From the NCBI GenBank assembly GCA_001938485.1, contig MQRK01189838.1:4076-56625 (forward strand): a stretch of DNA of 52,550 bases. Reading direction: 5' to 3'. This DNA is from Girardia tigrina (Eukaryota). The notes under the pieces are model-generated. The model had not been told where the DNA came from. It did not search any database and worked only from the letters and a program-made list of their open reading frames with translations. Shown here one piece after another: positions 1 to 12,326 of the stretch. The translations under genes were made by a program, and so were the position numbers. How positions within the stretch are numbered: the stretch's first letter is position 1; each line of letters opens with the position of its first letter.

Positions 1-15
1 TTCTAATTAAATACA

Positions 16-53
16 GAACTGAAGATGCCACAAAAGTGGCGAAACATGTTTTC
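16..53 (+). ncRNA. Minimal type I hammerhead ribozyme in a Penelope-like terminal repeat
   Basis: gaa-CTGAAGA-T-GCCAC(AAAA)GTGGC-GAAAC-AT-GTT-ttc gives the core, a 5-bp stem II, palindromic ACATGT stem III and a short stem I. It is followed by a tail also seen at 25744-25798 and then (AT)n. Confidence 0.75.
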
Positions 54-364
54 AAATAAAAATTTAAAATTAAAATGGTGTTATTTTTGTTTATATATAT
101 ATATATATATATATATAATATGTAATTTTAAATTCATCCTGAAACATTTATTTTTATTATATATATAAAAAAATTTTGATTTATTTGTAAAATCATTAAT
201 TGATGATGATATAAAAAATTTGAAATATGTCCTTAAGCTATCTATCAAAAATTTTCGACTAGCATTTACAAGAATCAAATGTATATAATCATTTACATTT
301 AATAATATATATTAATAAAAACTAATAATAAGATACACCCTTTTAATATTTGTTATTTAACAAC

Positions 365-399
365 CCAACATACTTCGCCAATACGACATCATCAGTTTT
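365..399 (-). ncRNA. Degenerate hammerhead ribozyme (Penelope-like terminal repeat)
   Basis: The minus strand reads CTGATGA-T-GTC(GTATT)GGC-GAAGTATGTT; the GAAAC box is mutated. Confidence 0.45.
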
Positions 400-525
400 G
401 AGGTTATTTCAGAATACAAGTCACATTAAATACAAAATATAATATGGCACATTGGCCTACGCAATTTATCGATTTTTAAAAAACTTTATTATGATTGCAC
501 TTGTAACATTTAAGCATGGTTTTAA

Positions 526-766
526 CCCTTTCCAGCCCAAATTATTATTAATCAAAATATTGGAGCATTGATTATCCGTTACAATGTTGATTTAAATTGC
601 TAAGAAACAAGTGAGAATTGCGCTTTTTTGCATTCTAATATATGTAGTGTCATTTATTAGACTTTTTAGAAACTATTACTGTGTAAAATTTAAATTGGGT
701 AAAAGAGATAATTGTAATTTAATTTTTCAAATATGTTGTCATATGGCAACAATGGGCTGGAAAGGG
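526..766. mobile_element. piggyBac-type MITE
   Basis: TIR CCCTTTCCAGCCCA...TGGGCTGGAAAGGG with TTAA on both sides. Confidence 0.9.
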
Positions 767-1156
767 TTAAATGCTTTTTTAATAATACCATAGTGACTAT
801 TCTCTAATAATATATATATATATATGAACTTGGATTTGAAATTACACAACAATTATTTATTGTTTTTATTTTCTGTTTTTTTCTTTTTTATTTAATTTGT
901 TGAAAAAACAAATGTGGAAAGGAAAATTTTTTTTCCAAATTTATTTGCAAAGTTACTAAACTTTCTATTATATATATTTAATTAAATTAATGAGAAAAAT
1001 AATAAAATAATGTTCCACAAATTATTGTAAATTTCTTAATTATTACAAAATTAATCTTCATTATTAAAACAATATAAAATATTTTGGAAATATATTTGTA
1101 AATTGAATATATATTTTGTTTAAAAAACTGTTTAGATGATAATAAATACATTTTTT

Positions 1157-1644
1157 TGTTAAGAACATTTCAAAACTCTCTGAAGATCGTTCACTTTTTG
1201 ACATCGTTCTAATTGGTTTTTTATTTCTTTTTTTAATCATGATTGTTCGAACAATTTTTTTAAATCTTTTTAAAATATTTAATTTTTAAAAATATCAATT
1301 AAAAATAAAAATTTTATCCATTTCTTTATAAAAACCAAAAATAATAAAAATGTTATAAAATTATTAAAAATGAATTTAATTTAAATATAATTAGTTTTAT
1401 TTATATCTAATTAAATGCTTTTCTTTTTTAAAAAAAATATTAAACTTGATTTTAATTGTTAATTTAAAAAATATAAACTTATCAAATTATTATTTTAATT
1501 ATGTTCGAATAGTCAACTACTGTAAAAACAAAAAGTACCAATTTCCATCTGGTGGGAGAATCACCATTCTAAGTTCAATATGCTCGAATTAACATATAGC
1601 TTCAATACATTCACACATTCATACAATTGAAAACTTTCCTCACA
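1157..1644 (-). mobile_element. Solo LTR, Gypsy family A
   Basis: Minus strand TGTGAGGAAA...GTTCTTAACA with the family core TCTCCCACCAGATGGAAATTGG; flanks ttttt/gtttt. Confidence 0.8.
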
Positions 1645-1802
1645 GTTTTATTTTATAATTATTTTATCAAACATTTTTAATTTTAAAACAAACTATGAAA
1701 AAGGATTTTCATATGCTTAATAACCAATTTGACGATTAAAGAATGATAGAAATTGAGCATTTGTCTCCCTTAGTCTGAAAAAAATTTTGAAGGATTTGAT
1801 AC

Positions 1803-2266
1803 TGTTAAAAGAACTCACATATTTGACAGAACATTTATTACATTCACAAATTTTATCATCTTTATGATGATCAATAGTATTGCTTTCACTATAATCCATT
1901 AATCAATTTTCATTATCTCTCATTATAATCTGAACTATACTTGAAAAAATTATTTTATTAAAAAAATAATTAATTTAAATTTTATTGGCTTAAATAAAAT
2001 ATTTCTATAGTCATTTTTAAACATTAATTTGATTTTAATTATTTAAAAATTTACAAAAATAAAATCAATAAAATTATTTAAAAGTTGCAATAATAAAAAT
2101 TAAAAATTTAGATATTAAATCTAAATTTAAATAAATTAGTTTCAGATTATAAGAATTAAAATATTGATCATCCATCTGATTAGGGAGGCACAATCCCAAA
2201 TCAACACACAACATTTAAACATGCAAACACTACATGAAAACATCAACACACCAAATATTCCTCACA
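1803..2266 (-). mobile_element. Solo LTR, Gypsy family A
   Basis: TGTGAGGAAT...TTTTAACA with a perfect 5-bp TSD GATAC (1798-1802, 2267-2271) and a CAGATGGA core. Confidence 0.9.
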
Positions 2267-3349
2267 GATACAATTAATCTTTAAAAATTTAATTTTTAAA
2301 TTGTAGCTTTGAAAAGTTTAAAGAAATTGATTAAATATCAAACATATGCGGTCAAATATAAAAGCATACCCCACAAAATTCATTAGTTAGATCTATATAA
2401 AAAGTATTTATTAAATCGAAGTCATGTTAGCTATTATGAGCATTTTACGAAACTCAAAAAAACGCTTGTAGCCATCAATGTAATTGAAGAAGTCAATGAG
2501 GTTTTGCTTGTTCACTCGTTTAAAGAATGTAAATAAAACATGAAGTAAAGATTAAATTGTATTGGAGACACCAATAACCACATATGTTCAATCGATTTCA
2601 TAATCTAGGTTCATTGTTAATCAAAACTTCTTGATGTCTACATTACACGTTTTAAATCATCACTATAACCTGTTTATGATATTATGATTTTTGCTCTGTT
2701 TTATGATAAACATATGTTAAAGAAACTGACTCTTTTTAAAACTCCAATCATTCAAAATATGCAATAGAAACGTGCATCATCAAAACAAAATGTCCCTTCC
2801 ACCTTGAATTCGACAATTATCAGTTGTAACTACAAAAATTACCTCAGAGATTTAAAAATCTCCAAACTAACATTGATCCATTCTTAAAAAATAAGTAAAG
2901 AAACAATCGTCAAAAATGCATCCATCTTCCATAGTTCCAAAGTTATCATTTATACAGCCTATGTTTTGTGGTAAATAATAAATCTTGTTTATGGAAGACT
3001 TTTTCAGACATTTATGATATTGTAGAAAATATTTGATTTATAGAAAGCATATTTTCTTTAGCAAATTGAGCAGCAGTCTGATAAGGCTTGTTCTAAGTGT
3101 TTTTTCAGATTTATTCATGTTCAGATGAATCATAGTAGCATATTTGTCTTGTGCAAGTTTTCAATGATTACAGCCCTCGTGCTGTCAGATGTTCCGAAGC
3201 CTCGTTCAGGTTGCCCCGAAGACAGAAAGGTGGTAGCAAAAGAGTGGTGTGTTGGATTTGAAATTCGGAAATTTTGTGTTCGTGCTGGGCCTGAAGATTA
3301 AATTTATTTTTTATCTGATTCAGTAAAACTCGTAATATAAAATTCAAAA

Positions 3350-3548
3350 TAACAGTTTGATAATATTTTTAATGAACGACAGTTTGACAAAATTTCAAAT
3401 AATTACATCTTGACAAATTTAAAAAATCAAATTGATATTCGATTAAAACCTCAAACAATTAACGTTCGACAATGATTTTCGATTAAACATTCGACAAAAT
3501 TTCAATTAACTTTTCGACAAAATTTCAGTCTAATGCTAGACAATTTTA
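3350..3548. repeat. Degenerate ~22-bp tandem repeat (TTCGACAAAATTTCAATTAAAC-like)
   Basis: Recurring ttcgacaa/ttgacaaaattt units. Confidence 0.6.
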
Positions 3549-4513
3549 ATTTCAAAAGAAAATTAATAAAAGTGAAAAAAACGTCTGGCTCAAGGCTCGC
3601 TCTGATTGGTTGATTAATCGTAGAGAGCCATTTCCGTCATTCGATTCGATCGGTACAAACTGACCTCGATGTATGATAATACTTGACTAATAGACTAAAA
3701 ATAAAAAATGACTCGGTGAGTCGTCAAAATTAAAAAAAGAACAAAGATCAAATTATTTTCAAATGTAATTAGTCTATTTTAATAAATTTCATATTTTATA
3801 AATTTCTTTAATTTAAATATTTGTGTATAAAAATACATTTTATTACTAACTTTCAAAATACTTCTTTTAACAATTTTTAATAATAACTTTTTCTGATAAA
3901 ATTCATTTCATTTCCGTTTTATTTCGTTGAAAAATATAAGAAAAAATATTTTTATTGTTTTAAATAAATTAAATTAAACTATTTTATATACATTATTTTC
4001 AATTTTGTTTAATAATTTTAAAAGTTCTTTGAGGAGAAAAGTGTTTTCAATGAGACGGATAAAAGAATAAAATATTTTTGAATGAAAATTAAAACAGATT
4101 AAACATTAATAAAATTATTAATTTAATATTATCATGCTAAATATGTGTTTTTTAATTTTTTTTATTTTTATTAATATTTATTTGTTTTAATCAGTATAAT
4201 CTTTGAAATAAAAATCTTATAACTAAATTAAAAACGTAAAAAGAATGTTTTACTAAATATATGTCGTTATTTTTTGTCAGTCTTTTCCATCAATTAAAAC
4301 AAATAAATAAGATTAACTCATTAACTAATTAATACTGGAATCGGTCTTTGTAAAGAATTTACAAAACAAAATAATGAAAACTTGTTTTTGCAAAGCCGTA
4401 AAAATTATCATTTTATTTCACTGAAAAGCACAAAAAATGTTTTTTGAAATCTTTTTTTATTTAATTTAAATAGAATTTATTAAAGATCTAAAATATTTAA
4501 AAGCAATTTTTTG

Positions 4514-4600
4514 AGGCCCCTCCGATTTCGCCCCACTTTCTATGACCAAACTGTTATGATCCCGATTTGTTTAGACCCGATATTTTTGATCCCGTTTTTT
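4514..4600 (+). mobile_element. Single end of a MULE-like DNA transposon with subterminal repeats
   Basis: GGCCCCTCCGATTTCGCCCC followed by repeated gatcccg/gacccg units; no partner end seen. Confidence 0.35.
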
Positions 4601-5105
4601 ATAGTTTTGAAAGCAATTCATATCATATATTTTTATTTTACCTTATGAAAAAATATCATTTTTTACATTTTAAAATTAATATTTTTCTTATAATTTTTTA
4701 ATTATTTCTTTTAAAGCCAACATTGAAAAAGATTGTTTTTTTTGTTTTAATTTTAAGTGACTTTGTAATGGCGATGTACCTAAACAAACTAATTGTTTTA
4801 AGAAACGTTTTAATACGGCAACAGCTTCTGGTTTGAGAATAAACAATAGCGAACTAATACGTCAGAGTCTAGTAGTGAGTTAATAAAAATTTCAGCCAAA
4901 TATACAAATAGTCCAAATGAACTTTTTTTCAATGTCTTGTAGATATTCAGAAATTTTGTGATTCTGGATACTTTGAACTTTTGTCAAAATACAAATACAT
5001 CAGCTCACTTTATACCCTCAATAAATTTGAATGATGGTATAGGATATTTTAAAAAAAATCTGTCGATTATATTAATATATATATATATATATATATGAGT
5101 GTGTG

Positions 5106-5916
5106 TGTTATGCCGAATTTCGAAACTCGGCAATGTTTTTAAAAATTTTTTAAATTCAATTATGAAATTTCTATTAATATTTAATATGAAAAAATATGTA
5201 TTTAATACGAAAGAAATATCAATTTAATATGAAAAATACTTTTAAAATACAAACATTTTCAGTTCAGCTTGCCACCAAGGAAGAAGTTTAAATAACTATG
5301 AATAAAAATTTTACATTTGGAATCTATTTCGCATAATAAATTAAGATTTTTTCATATGTAATTTATTTTTTCATATTACATTGAGAATTTTTAATGATAA
5401 ATTGACATTTTTGTCATATTAAATACAGTATTTTTGATAATAAATTAATATATTTTTTATATTAAATTGATATTTTTTCATATTAATGCAGTGATTTCCA
5501 ACCTTTTTGTACCGGCGCCCCCCTTTTAAAAAAATTGTTGATTCATTTTTTGTGACAACTATTCGATTTTTTTGGTTTGTATTCAAAAATGATATTTTGG
5601 AAACAGCTACATGCCCCCTTTGCGACAGTCTCGCGCCCCCGTGGGATGGGCGCGCCCCACAGGTTGGAAACCACTGTATTAATGTGATATTTTTCCATAT
5701 TAAATTGATATTTGTTCATATTAAATGCATATTTTTTCATTTCAAATTGAGAAATTTTAATTTAAAAATGAAAGTTTTGCATATAAATATTGAAATCAGC
5801 AAATATTGACTAGTTTATAAATTCAGCAATTACACTATTTCAGCAAACTGTTGCCGAATTCACGAACTCGGCAAAATGGTTGCCGAATACAGCAATTACA
5901 CAAATTTGGCATAACA
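5106..5916. mobile_element. Non-autonomous TIR element with TGT...ACA ends (possibly Ginger-like)
   Basis: TGTTATGCCGAATTT...AAATTTGGCATAACA with internal ~21-bp repeats. The left ~90 bp recur inverted at 34478-34568. Confidence 0.7.
5489..5676. mobile_element. hAT (Charlie-like) MITE nested in the 5106-5916 element
   Basis: TIR CAGTG(A/G)TTTCCAACCT and a perfect 8-bp TSD TATTAATG. Confidence 0.92.
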
Positions 5917-5922
5917 TATATA

Positions 5923-6137
5923 TCATATATATAATACTCCAATTCTGTAACTGATTGAATGATTGACTGATTCTGTGCGGAACGCTCATATTATTTACTT
6001 ACAATTGTAAGTAGATAATTAAATTAATAATTCATGCGGAGAATAAATGAATTTTAAGAAAAAACGTCTTTTGAAAATTTATTTGAAATTTTAACTCTAT
6101 ATAATTATACCTGTCATACATGACGGGTTATTTACTA

Positions 6138-6138
<1 letters not shown>
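5923..6138 (+). mobile_element. Non-autonomous Helitron
   Basis: A^TC 5' end, subterminal hairpin CTGTCATACATGACGG and CTAG^T 3' end; a second copy lies at 20118-20352. Confidence 0.8.

Positions 6139-6187
<49 letters not shown>
6139..6187. repeat. (AT)n microsatellite
   Basis: Pure TA run. Others lie near 93, 810, 5075, 6931, 23507, 25912, 26911, 27372 and 44926. Confidence 0.95.
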
Positions 6188-6189
<2 letters not shown>

Positions 6190-6930
6190 CGAAAATATCA
6201 TTTTATTAAAGTTTTTTATATAATTATTGGACATGTGTCGATGTTTATATACATCATCATCAGCAATTTGAAAACAATTTTAATAGATACATTAACTTTA
6301 AAAGGTATATTATGGATTAAATATTATTATTTATTAAAGTATTATTGGATAATAATTGCAAAATATTTAATTAAAAATTTTAAGTATGGAAATAACCTTA
6401 CTTTGCCCATTCTGAATGTTAATTGATGGGTTGTAGTGTCTTATTCGCAGAGATTCACAAAACTGTCGCTCGTAATGTGAATCAAAACCCTTTTGTAGAA
6501 CAGAAAACTCATCTTTTGAAATGGATGAGGTTCTATCCTTACAACATAACCAATGATCAAAAACCTTATTCGATCGACTCATTTTCGAGTACTCGCTAAT
6601 CCGGGTTTTGAGATGACGATTTGTCTCTCCGATGTACGAGGTTTGACACCCGTGACAAATTATGTACAGATGCACGAGTTAAAAAAACAATTAAAAGAAG
6701 AAAATACTGAAGAATACAAACAAATCATTAAAATTCCATATTCTGAAGAATTTAGAGCGTTTAAGAAGAGTATTTGTAGAACAATAAGTAGTGCTAAAGT
6801 AGTCTCTGTCACATCCAAAGTTCAAAGTTTCCTCTCAAACAAATCGAAAACAGTTTGTGATTTGCAAGCTAATCTGGTATATAAATTTAATTATCACGGG
6901 TGTCAAAACTTGCGTTCACAAGACTCAATA
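6188..6930 (-). mobile_element. 5'-truncated Penelope-like retroelement (GIY-YIG region plus terminal repeat) with an inverted 5' segment
   Basis: Minus ORF 6367-6675 contains CHGCQTSYIGETNRHLKTRISE...ESLRIRHYNPSIN (GIY-YIG). The adjacent upstream coding part (IKIPY...NLVYKFNYHGCQ) lies on the plus strand at ~6676-6910. (AT)n flanks both sides. Confidence 0.88.
6226..6267 (-). ncRNA. Hammerhead ribozyme with one core mutation (GAAA>GACA)
   Basis: attg-CTGATGA-T-GATGT(ATATAA)ACATC-GACAC-AT-GTC-caat, downstream of the GIY-YIG stop codon. Confidence 0.8.
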
Positions 6931-8298
6931 ATATATATATATATATATATATATGGCAAGTTAAATTAAAGAAATAAAAGTAAAAAATTGTAAAAAAATA
7001 TTTTCTTTTCAATGCTTTTTCTTTATTTTTGTACCTTCGCCACGAACAATACAAAAGAGATAATTAAATAACTTTTTCTTCGGTTCGCTAAAACAATTCA
7101 TGTATAAATAAAATAAACAATAAAGTTTACTTTGAAATCTATTTTTTGTTAGATATAATAAAAAAATATTATTATTTTCGTTTCAAGAAAGAAAGGAAAT
7201 TTCGAAATCTAATTACACCTTCCTTACATAAGAATAAATTCTTTCTAGATAAATGAAGCAAAACAAGCTTATCAAAACCCTCAACCGAAATAACAACAAA
7301 AAGTTACAATTTCCGACGATTCAATATTAATTAATTAAAGTTTATTACTTTCAAAAAAATATGAAACTATATTTAATACATTCACTTTAATCAAAATTTA
7401 TAATTAAAAATTGTTGAACACCGAAATTAGGTTTTGTTATCAGTTAATTAAAACAAAATAAATAACCTCCACATATCATTAAATAATAAATTATAATAAA
7501 GCGGAAATTTATATCAGAATTTTATTAACCATTGAATGGTTTTACAATAATGTAATAAAAAAAGGAAAAGAAAGGATCAATATGATTATGATAAAAAGAA
7601 TAAATTAACAACGAAAATAATAAATCATTTAGATTAAGTATTAAATAAAACGAAAATAACATAAATAATGTTATCATAAAAAATGTTAATTAATGTTAAT
7701 AAATCATGTTACAATTAAATAGCAAACACAATTAATTGGTACAAAAAGATTTTAGATTCTTAAAATGTACTTTAACAATAGATATGTAGTGAGTTCAATA
7801 AGTACCCAATCTGAGAAAGAAAGCGATTTCAGGAGGGCGTCAATATTATAAAACAAGAAGACGAACGTATATTGCTATCAGTTCTCACCACAAGTGCCGT
7901 TTTTCTATATAAAAACTTTGAAAGCACTGCTTGGAAAAAGAGCCTGTATTTTTACTTTCAGTAAAAAAAATAAAACTCTTCGAATGTTTAAATTGAATTC
8001 TCAATATTTACAAAAACAATTTGCAAAAACAATATATTTGGCCATAAACATTACAATGTGATGAATGTGAAAGTATGATTGATATATTGATTGGAACTTC
8101 GCCCTTTATGATAATTACAAATTTATTATGTCGAGGAAAGAATAATGCTCAGTGTTTTTAAACCCTTTCGTTACTAGAAACATATGTGTAAAAGAGCTTA
8201 CTGAAATGGATATTTCAATGAGCTCTTTTAACAAATGATATAAATAAATAAAAATATAAAAAAATAAACTTTAATTTAACAAAACTATATAACAATAT

Positions 8299-8426
8299 TG
8301 TTGTACAAAATATAATAAAACTGGATTACCGAAAATAAATTTATTCGAATTCAAACCACGCGCGTGGTACTCCAGTTCTAATAAAACACTGAACATAATT
8401 GTCATTTATATTTACAATTTACTACA
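8299..8426 (-). repeat. 3' LTR (128 bp) of Gypsy family B
   Basis: TGTAGT...ACAACA, preceded on the minus strand by the purine-rich tract AGATCACGGGGACG. Confidence 0.85.
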
Positions 8427-11400
8427 CGTCCCCGTGATCTAAAAATCATCAAATAAATTTTTTACTTACGTGACAAAATCACGCAATCTTTCCGACATCC
8501 CCGCTTGCCGTCGGGACCGCCGATATGATTCTCCATTCAGTTGGACTATGGTCTCGTCTTCATTTTCTTCCACCACATCCCTAATTATGATAGGACGGAC
8601 ATCCGCAACATGTCTCGGTATTCCGTTAATCTCCACCACTTAAGGTGCTGGGACGGCAGTCAGTAAGTCCTGTGACCACTTTGGCTACATCTGGCATCAT
8701 GTGGTTTCAATACTACTCGATCTCCCACCTCATAATAGTATTGCTTGTTCGCCGACGTTGACATAATTTCCCCGGATCGATTGATAGTTGTGTACTCACT
8801 TCTTAGGACTCTGCATTGGTACTTGAAAATTTGCCGGTAAAGAATCAAATCTTCGCTTTTTCTCCCACAAGGTGCCCTATTGTACCAGTACACTATCCGT
8901 AGTAAGTTTCCCCCGCATTGTATCATCATTTTCTTCATCGTGTATTGGTTGAGTTTTACGACACCATTGCCCTCAGGCCAATACGCACATTGTATCTCTT
9001 CACCCCAATCACTACATGTAGCCAGCACACCATCAGCTCGAAATAATTTAGTATTATTCAACAAGATTTGATGTGGGTACCCTCTCTCGCTAAAGATCGA
9101 CTTTAAATTCCATGCAATCTCTGCTCCACTTTCGGATTTGATCCGTCTCCATATGGTCAGTCAACTTGGCCCACAATCGACCAACGTCATGTATTTACTT
9201 TCCACAGCATACATAACGTCACATGCAACCCTCTGCCATTTCTATTTGACCTCCAATTTCTCTGGGAGCCATTTAATTTGGGCTGGATCGAGTGAGAAAC
9301 ATTGAACACATGATGTTAACACATTTTCACATCATTAACCGTAATATCAGCTTCATGGAGAAACTGTCTTGCAAGAAATAGAGTTTTCTCCACCGCAAAA
9401 TGATGTTGCTTGTGACATTCTCGGATATCACTCTCACTCACCAAACTAGTCACCCCGTCAGTGCTACCACCACCATGATCGAAGGAGAGGACCCAATCAT
9501 TCACGAGGAACCCTAGTCAACCGATCAGCTTTATTCTCTCTTGATGAGACTAGTGTCATACAAATGTCCTGCTTGTGTTCTTTGATTGTCTCTGCAATTA
9601 TTATCAACCTTCTTCAAACCAGTGCTTCGCCTAAACCCGCCCTAGACCTGTTGCCCGCAACTGTTGATGTTATCCAACCAGCTACTGATATCGAATCAGT
9701 AAAAATTTCGACTTAACGAAAATTCCACGCACAAACCAAATTCAAGCCTTTAATAAGGGCCTCCAATTTGGCAACATTAATGTAATGGCCATCATCAACA
9801 TGTCTCACCAAAGCAGCATGCTCTACAATTGTTCCTCCTGTTTCCACACACGTACCCAGTGCCATACTACTTTCATCACATCATAACTTTATTGACTCTT
9901 CTTTCACTTCTCACGACCCTATCACTGGATCATTCCTCAGTACGCGTTGATAAAAGTCATGTGTAACCGTAGTGATGTAGTTGTCCACTAATTCGTTGCA
10001 TACAGTATCGTTTGTCATTCGTTTGAGAACACTACATGCATGTCGCAGCCAACCTACAACAGGAAAATGCCCAATAAGCTGACCGCTCCTCGAGAAAATT
10101 GACCGGCGCGTCAGTTTGTCTGGTATCTTGGGCATAGTGTTGTCTCGATTTCACACCAACTATCCTTTTTCATTCCGATTCACCCTTAACCAAAGTATTC
10201 GAGCACCAACAAGCTGTTCTAGTGATTTCGCCTCCAAACTATACTGCGCCAATAATTTAACCACGTGTTCCGTCTTCACAATCGCATTGTTCACGACAAT
10301 GTCGTCGATATACGAATCCGTTGCCGATCGCACTTGCTCATCCACTTCCAACACTTTGTTAAGGATCGCCAATATAATATTTGGCCCAACGTTTAATCCG
10401 AAACCTAATCTAATGAGACAATACTTTTCTCCAACAACACTAATCTGAAGATAAGCCTTCCGCAAATCCACGATTGATAATGCGGTCCCCATCTGACGCC
10501 ACTTTCTCAATTTGTTACTGAACACGTCCACATTCGCAGTACGACTTGAAACATACTCATTCAACTCTCGGAAGTCCATTACGGCCCTTACTTTGTTTTT
10601 TGATTGTTGCATAACTACAATAAATGGAATAATACAATCCTTATCGTTCTCATTATACGGAATCAGCCACCTTTACCGAATCCACTCTTGTATATCAGTA
10701 TCTAATTCTTATTTTAACTTCTCTGGTATTCCATTATCCGCCAAAATATTGGTCAGTACAAGCTCGGAATCCTTTCAATGATATGTCACTGACAAACACC
10801 CATTCGCGAACTCAGCCGTGAAATCAGAGTTTTTCACTCGAATTTCTTCCTGTGCCCAAAAGCAAGCCCCTTGTGGTACCGCGAGCTGTACGTCCTTCCC
10901 ATCAACCGCAATTGAGACACCACCGCAGAGCTCGATCACATCCATACCGAATACAATATCGAAACCTGGAAGCAGATCGACCACAAAATAATCCACATCA
11001 ATTTACACTCGCTGTGGGGTTCCCATTCAACATCTGGATTCTCTCGCGCACAAGTTGGCATATCTTTGCATTCGCAAAGTTTCGACTAATCACTGAACGA
11101 GAAAATCCTGAATCATCCAACACAACAACATTAGCATTGTCAATACTCATCCTCACCGTTGGCAACCGTGTTTGAGGATAGGAGAAGTTGCTAGCGCAGC
11201 AAATAGCCTCATCCTCTACTTATTTTTTTGCCTCCTGTAAAGACTCATTACTTGTTATTTTGAAGGGACATTGATTTACTATGTGCCCTTCTCCCACAAT
11301 TGAAACAGGTTTACCTTTGGCTTCAGCGTATGCATACAATCCCTGTCATAATGCACACTCACGCCACATGAAAAAAATTTACCACTATTACTCTTTCTGT

Positions 11401-11959
11401 GAGTAGATTCAACCTTACTCACAGCCCCAACATAATCAGTTTTTCCAATTACTTCCAGCAGCAATCTGGCCTTCGAAACTACCTCCTCCAACTGGAGTTC
11501 CTCAAACGCAGCTATCGCTAATAATATGGCCTTTCGCTCCCTTGACAGACCACAAACGGACGCCCATTTGAGTGAACTATCATCGAGTTGTTCAGTCGTA
11601 AGGTTCCCAATCCTCTTTGAATTTGCTAGACAGACATTCCCACATTCTCCAAGCTGCAATCAGTGCCTCTGAAATTCATCAAACGCTCGAAATGGGTTGA
11701 GGAAAAATGCATGTATTAGTGCTTGTTTTAATTTTACATAATTTAATTTGTTTTAATTTTACTACGCTAATCCATCGTACACCGCGAACGTTCCACCTTC
11801 CAAAAATAACGGTAGAAATTCGTACAGACTGCCACCATCCAGACATAGCAGCTTTGCTACCAGCTCCACTTTCAGCACCCTTTCTGGGAAATCCCCTTCG
11901 TCAGAAAATTAGTGGAATAGATCCGATACTCTGATTGATGCTACCTTGTCGCGACAGCT

Positions 11960-12022
11960 TGTTGTACAAAATATAATAAACCTAAATTAACGAAAATAAA
12001 TTTATTCGACTTAAAACCATGC
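11960..12022 (-). repeat. Truncated 5' LTR of Gypsy family B
   Basis: About 60 bp match 8299-8361, then similarity stops. Confidence 0.85.
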
Positions 12023-12289
12023 AATTCATCCATATATGTGTTATGAGCGGCAGTTCTGCGAATCATTTTTAAAATGACATTAAAATCCAATCATTAATGA
12101 GTAAAATAATAATGAGTAAAAAAAAAAAATAATGAGTAAAATAAGGCCGTCTCAATTATTAAAATCTTAAATTAAAATAAATAAAACATTTTCACATTGA
12201 AAAATCTAATAGAAATCCTAAAAAATAAAATATTTATTTGAAAAATCGCCTATTAATTAACATATTATTACTGTACACAATAAATTATA

Positions 12290-12326
12290 ATTGCTGATGA
12301 TGGAAAATGAATTGCGAAACAGGTAC
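12290..12326 (+). ncRNA. Degenerate hammerhead motif abutting an LTR insertion
   Basis: attg-CTGATGA-TGGAAAATGAATTGC-GAAAC-AG-GTA. Confidence 0.5.

Larger units (their letters stand above)
8299..12022 (-). mobile_element. Decayed Gypsy LTR retrotransposon (family B): gag-PR-RT-RH-IN
   Basis: Zinc-knuckle remnants (~11270-11380), protease-like region (~10775-11170), RT (VRAVMDFRELN, IVDLRKAYLQI, SYIDD), RNase H remnant and integrase (8660-9500). Many stops and frameshifts; matching LTR ends at 8299 and 11960. Confidence 0.92.

Noticed and set aside
81-278. Short F/I/K/Y-rich ORFs (e.g. 81-278, 13127-13312, 15091-15300, 26874-27089, 30555-30806)
   Set aside because: They are low-complexity translations of AT-rich or microsatellite DNA with no recognisable domains.
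1157-2266. TRIM-like mini-retrotransposon (two LTRs around 158 bp)
   Set aside because: The second LTR has its own GATAC TSD, the two LTRs are quite divergent, and the spacer shows no PBS or PPT.
3350-3548. CRISPR-like array (also the repeats in 5170-5760 and 34205-34285)
   Set aside because: These are degenerate head-to-tail repeats without unique spacers, in a eukaryotic context with no cas genes.
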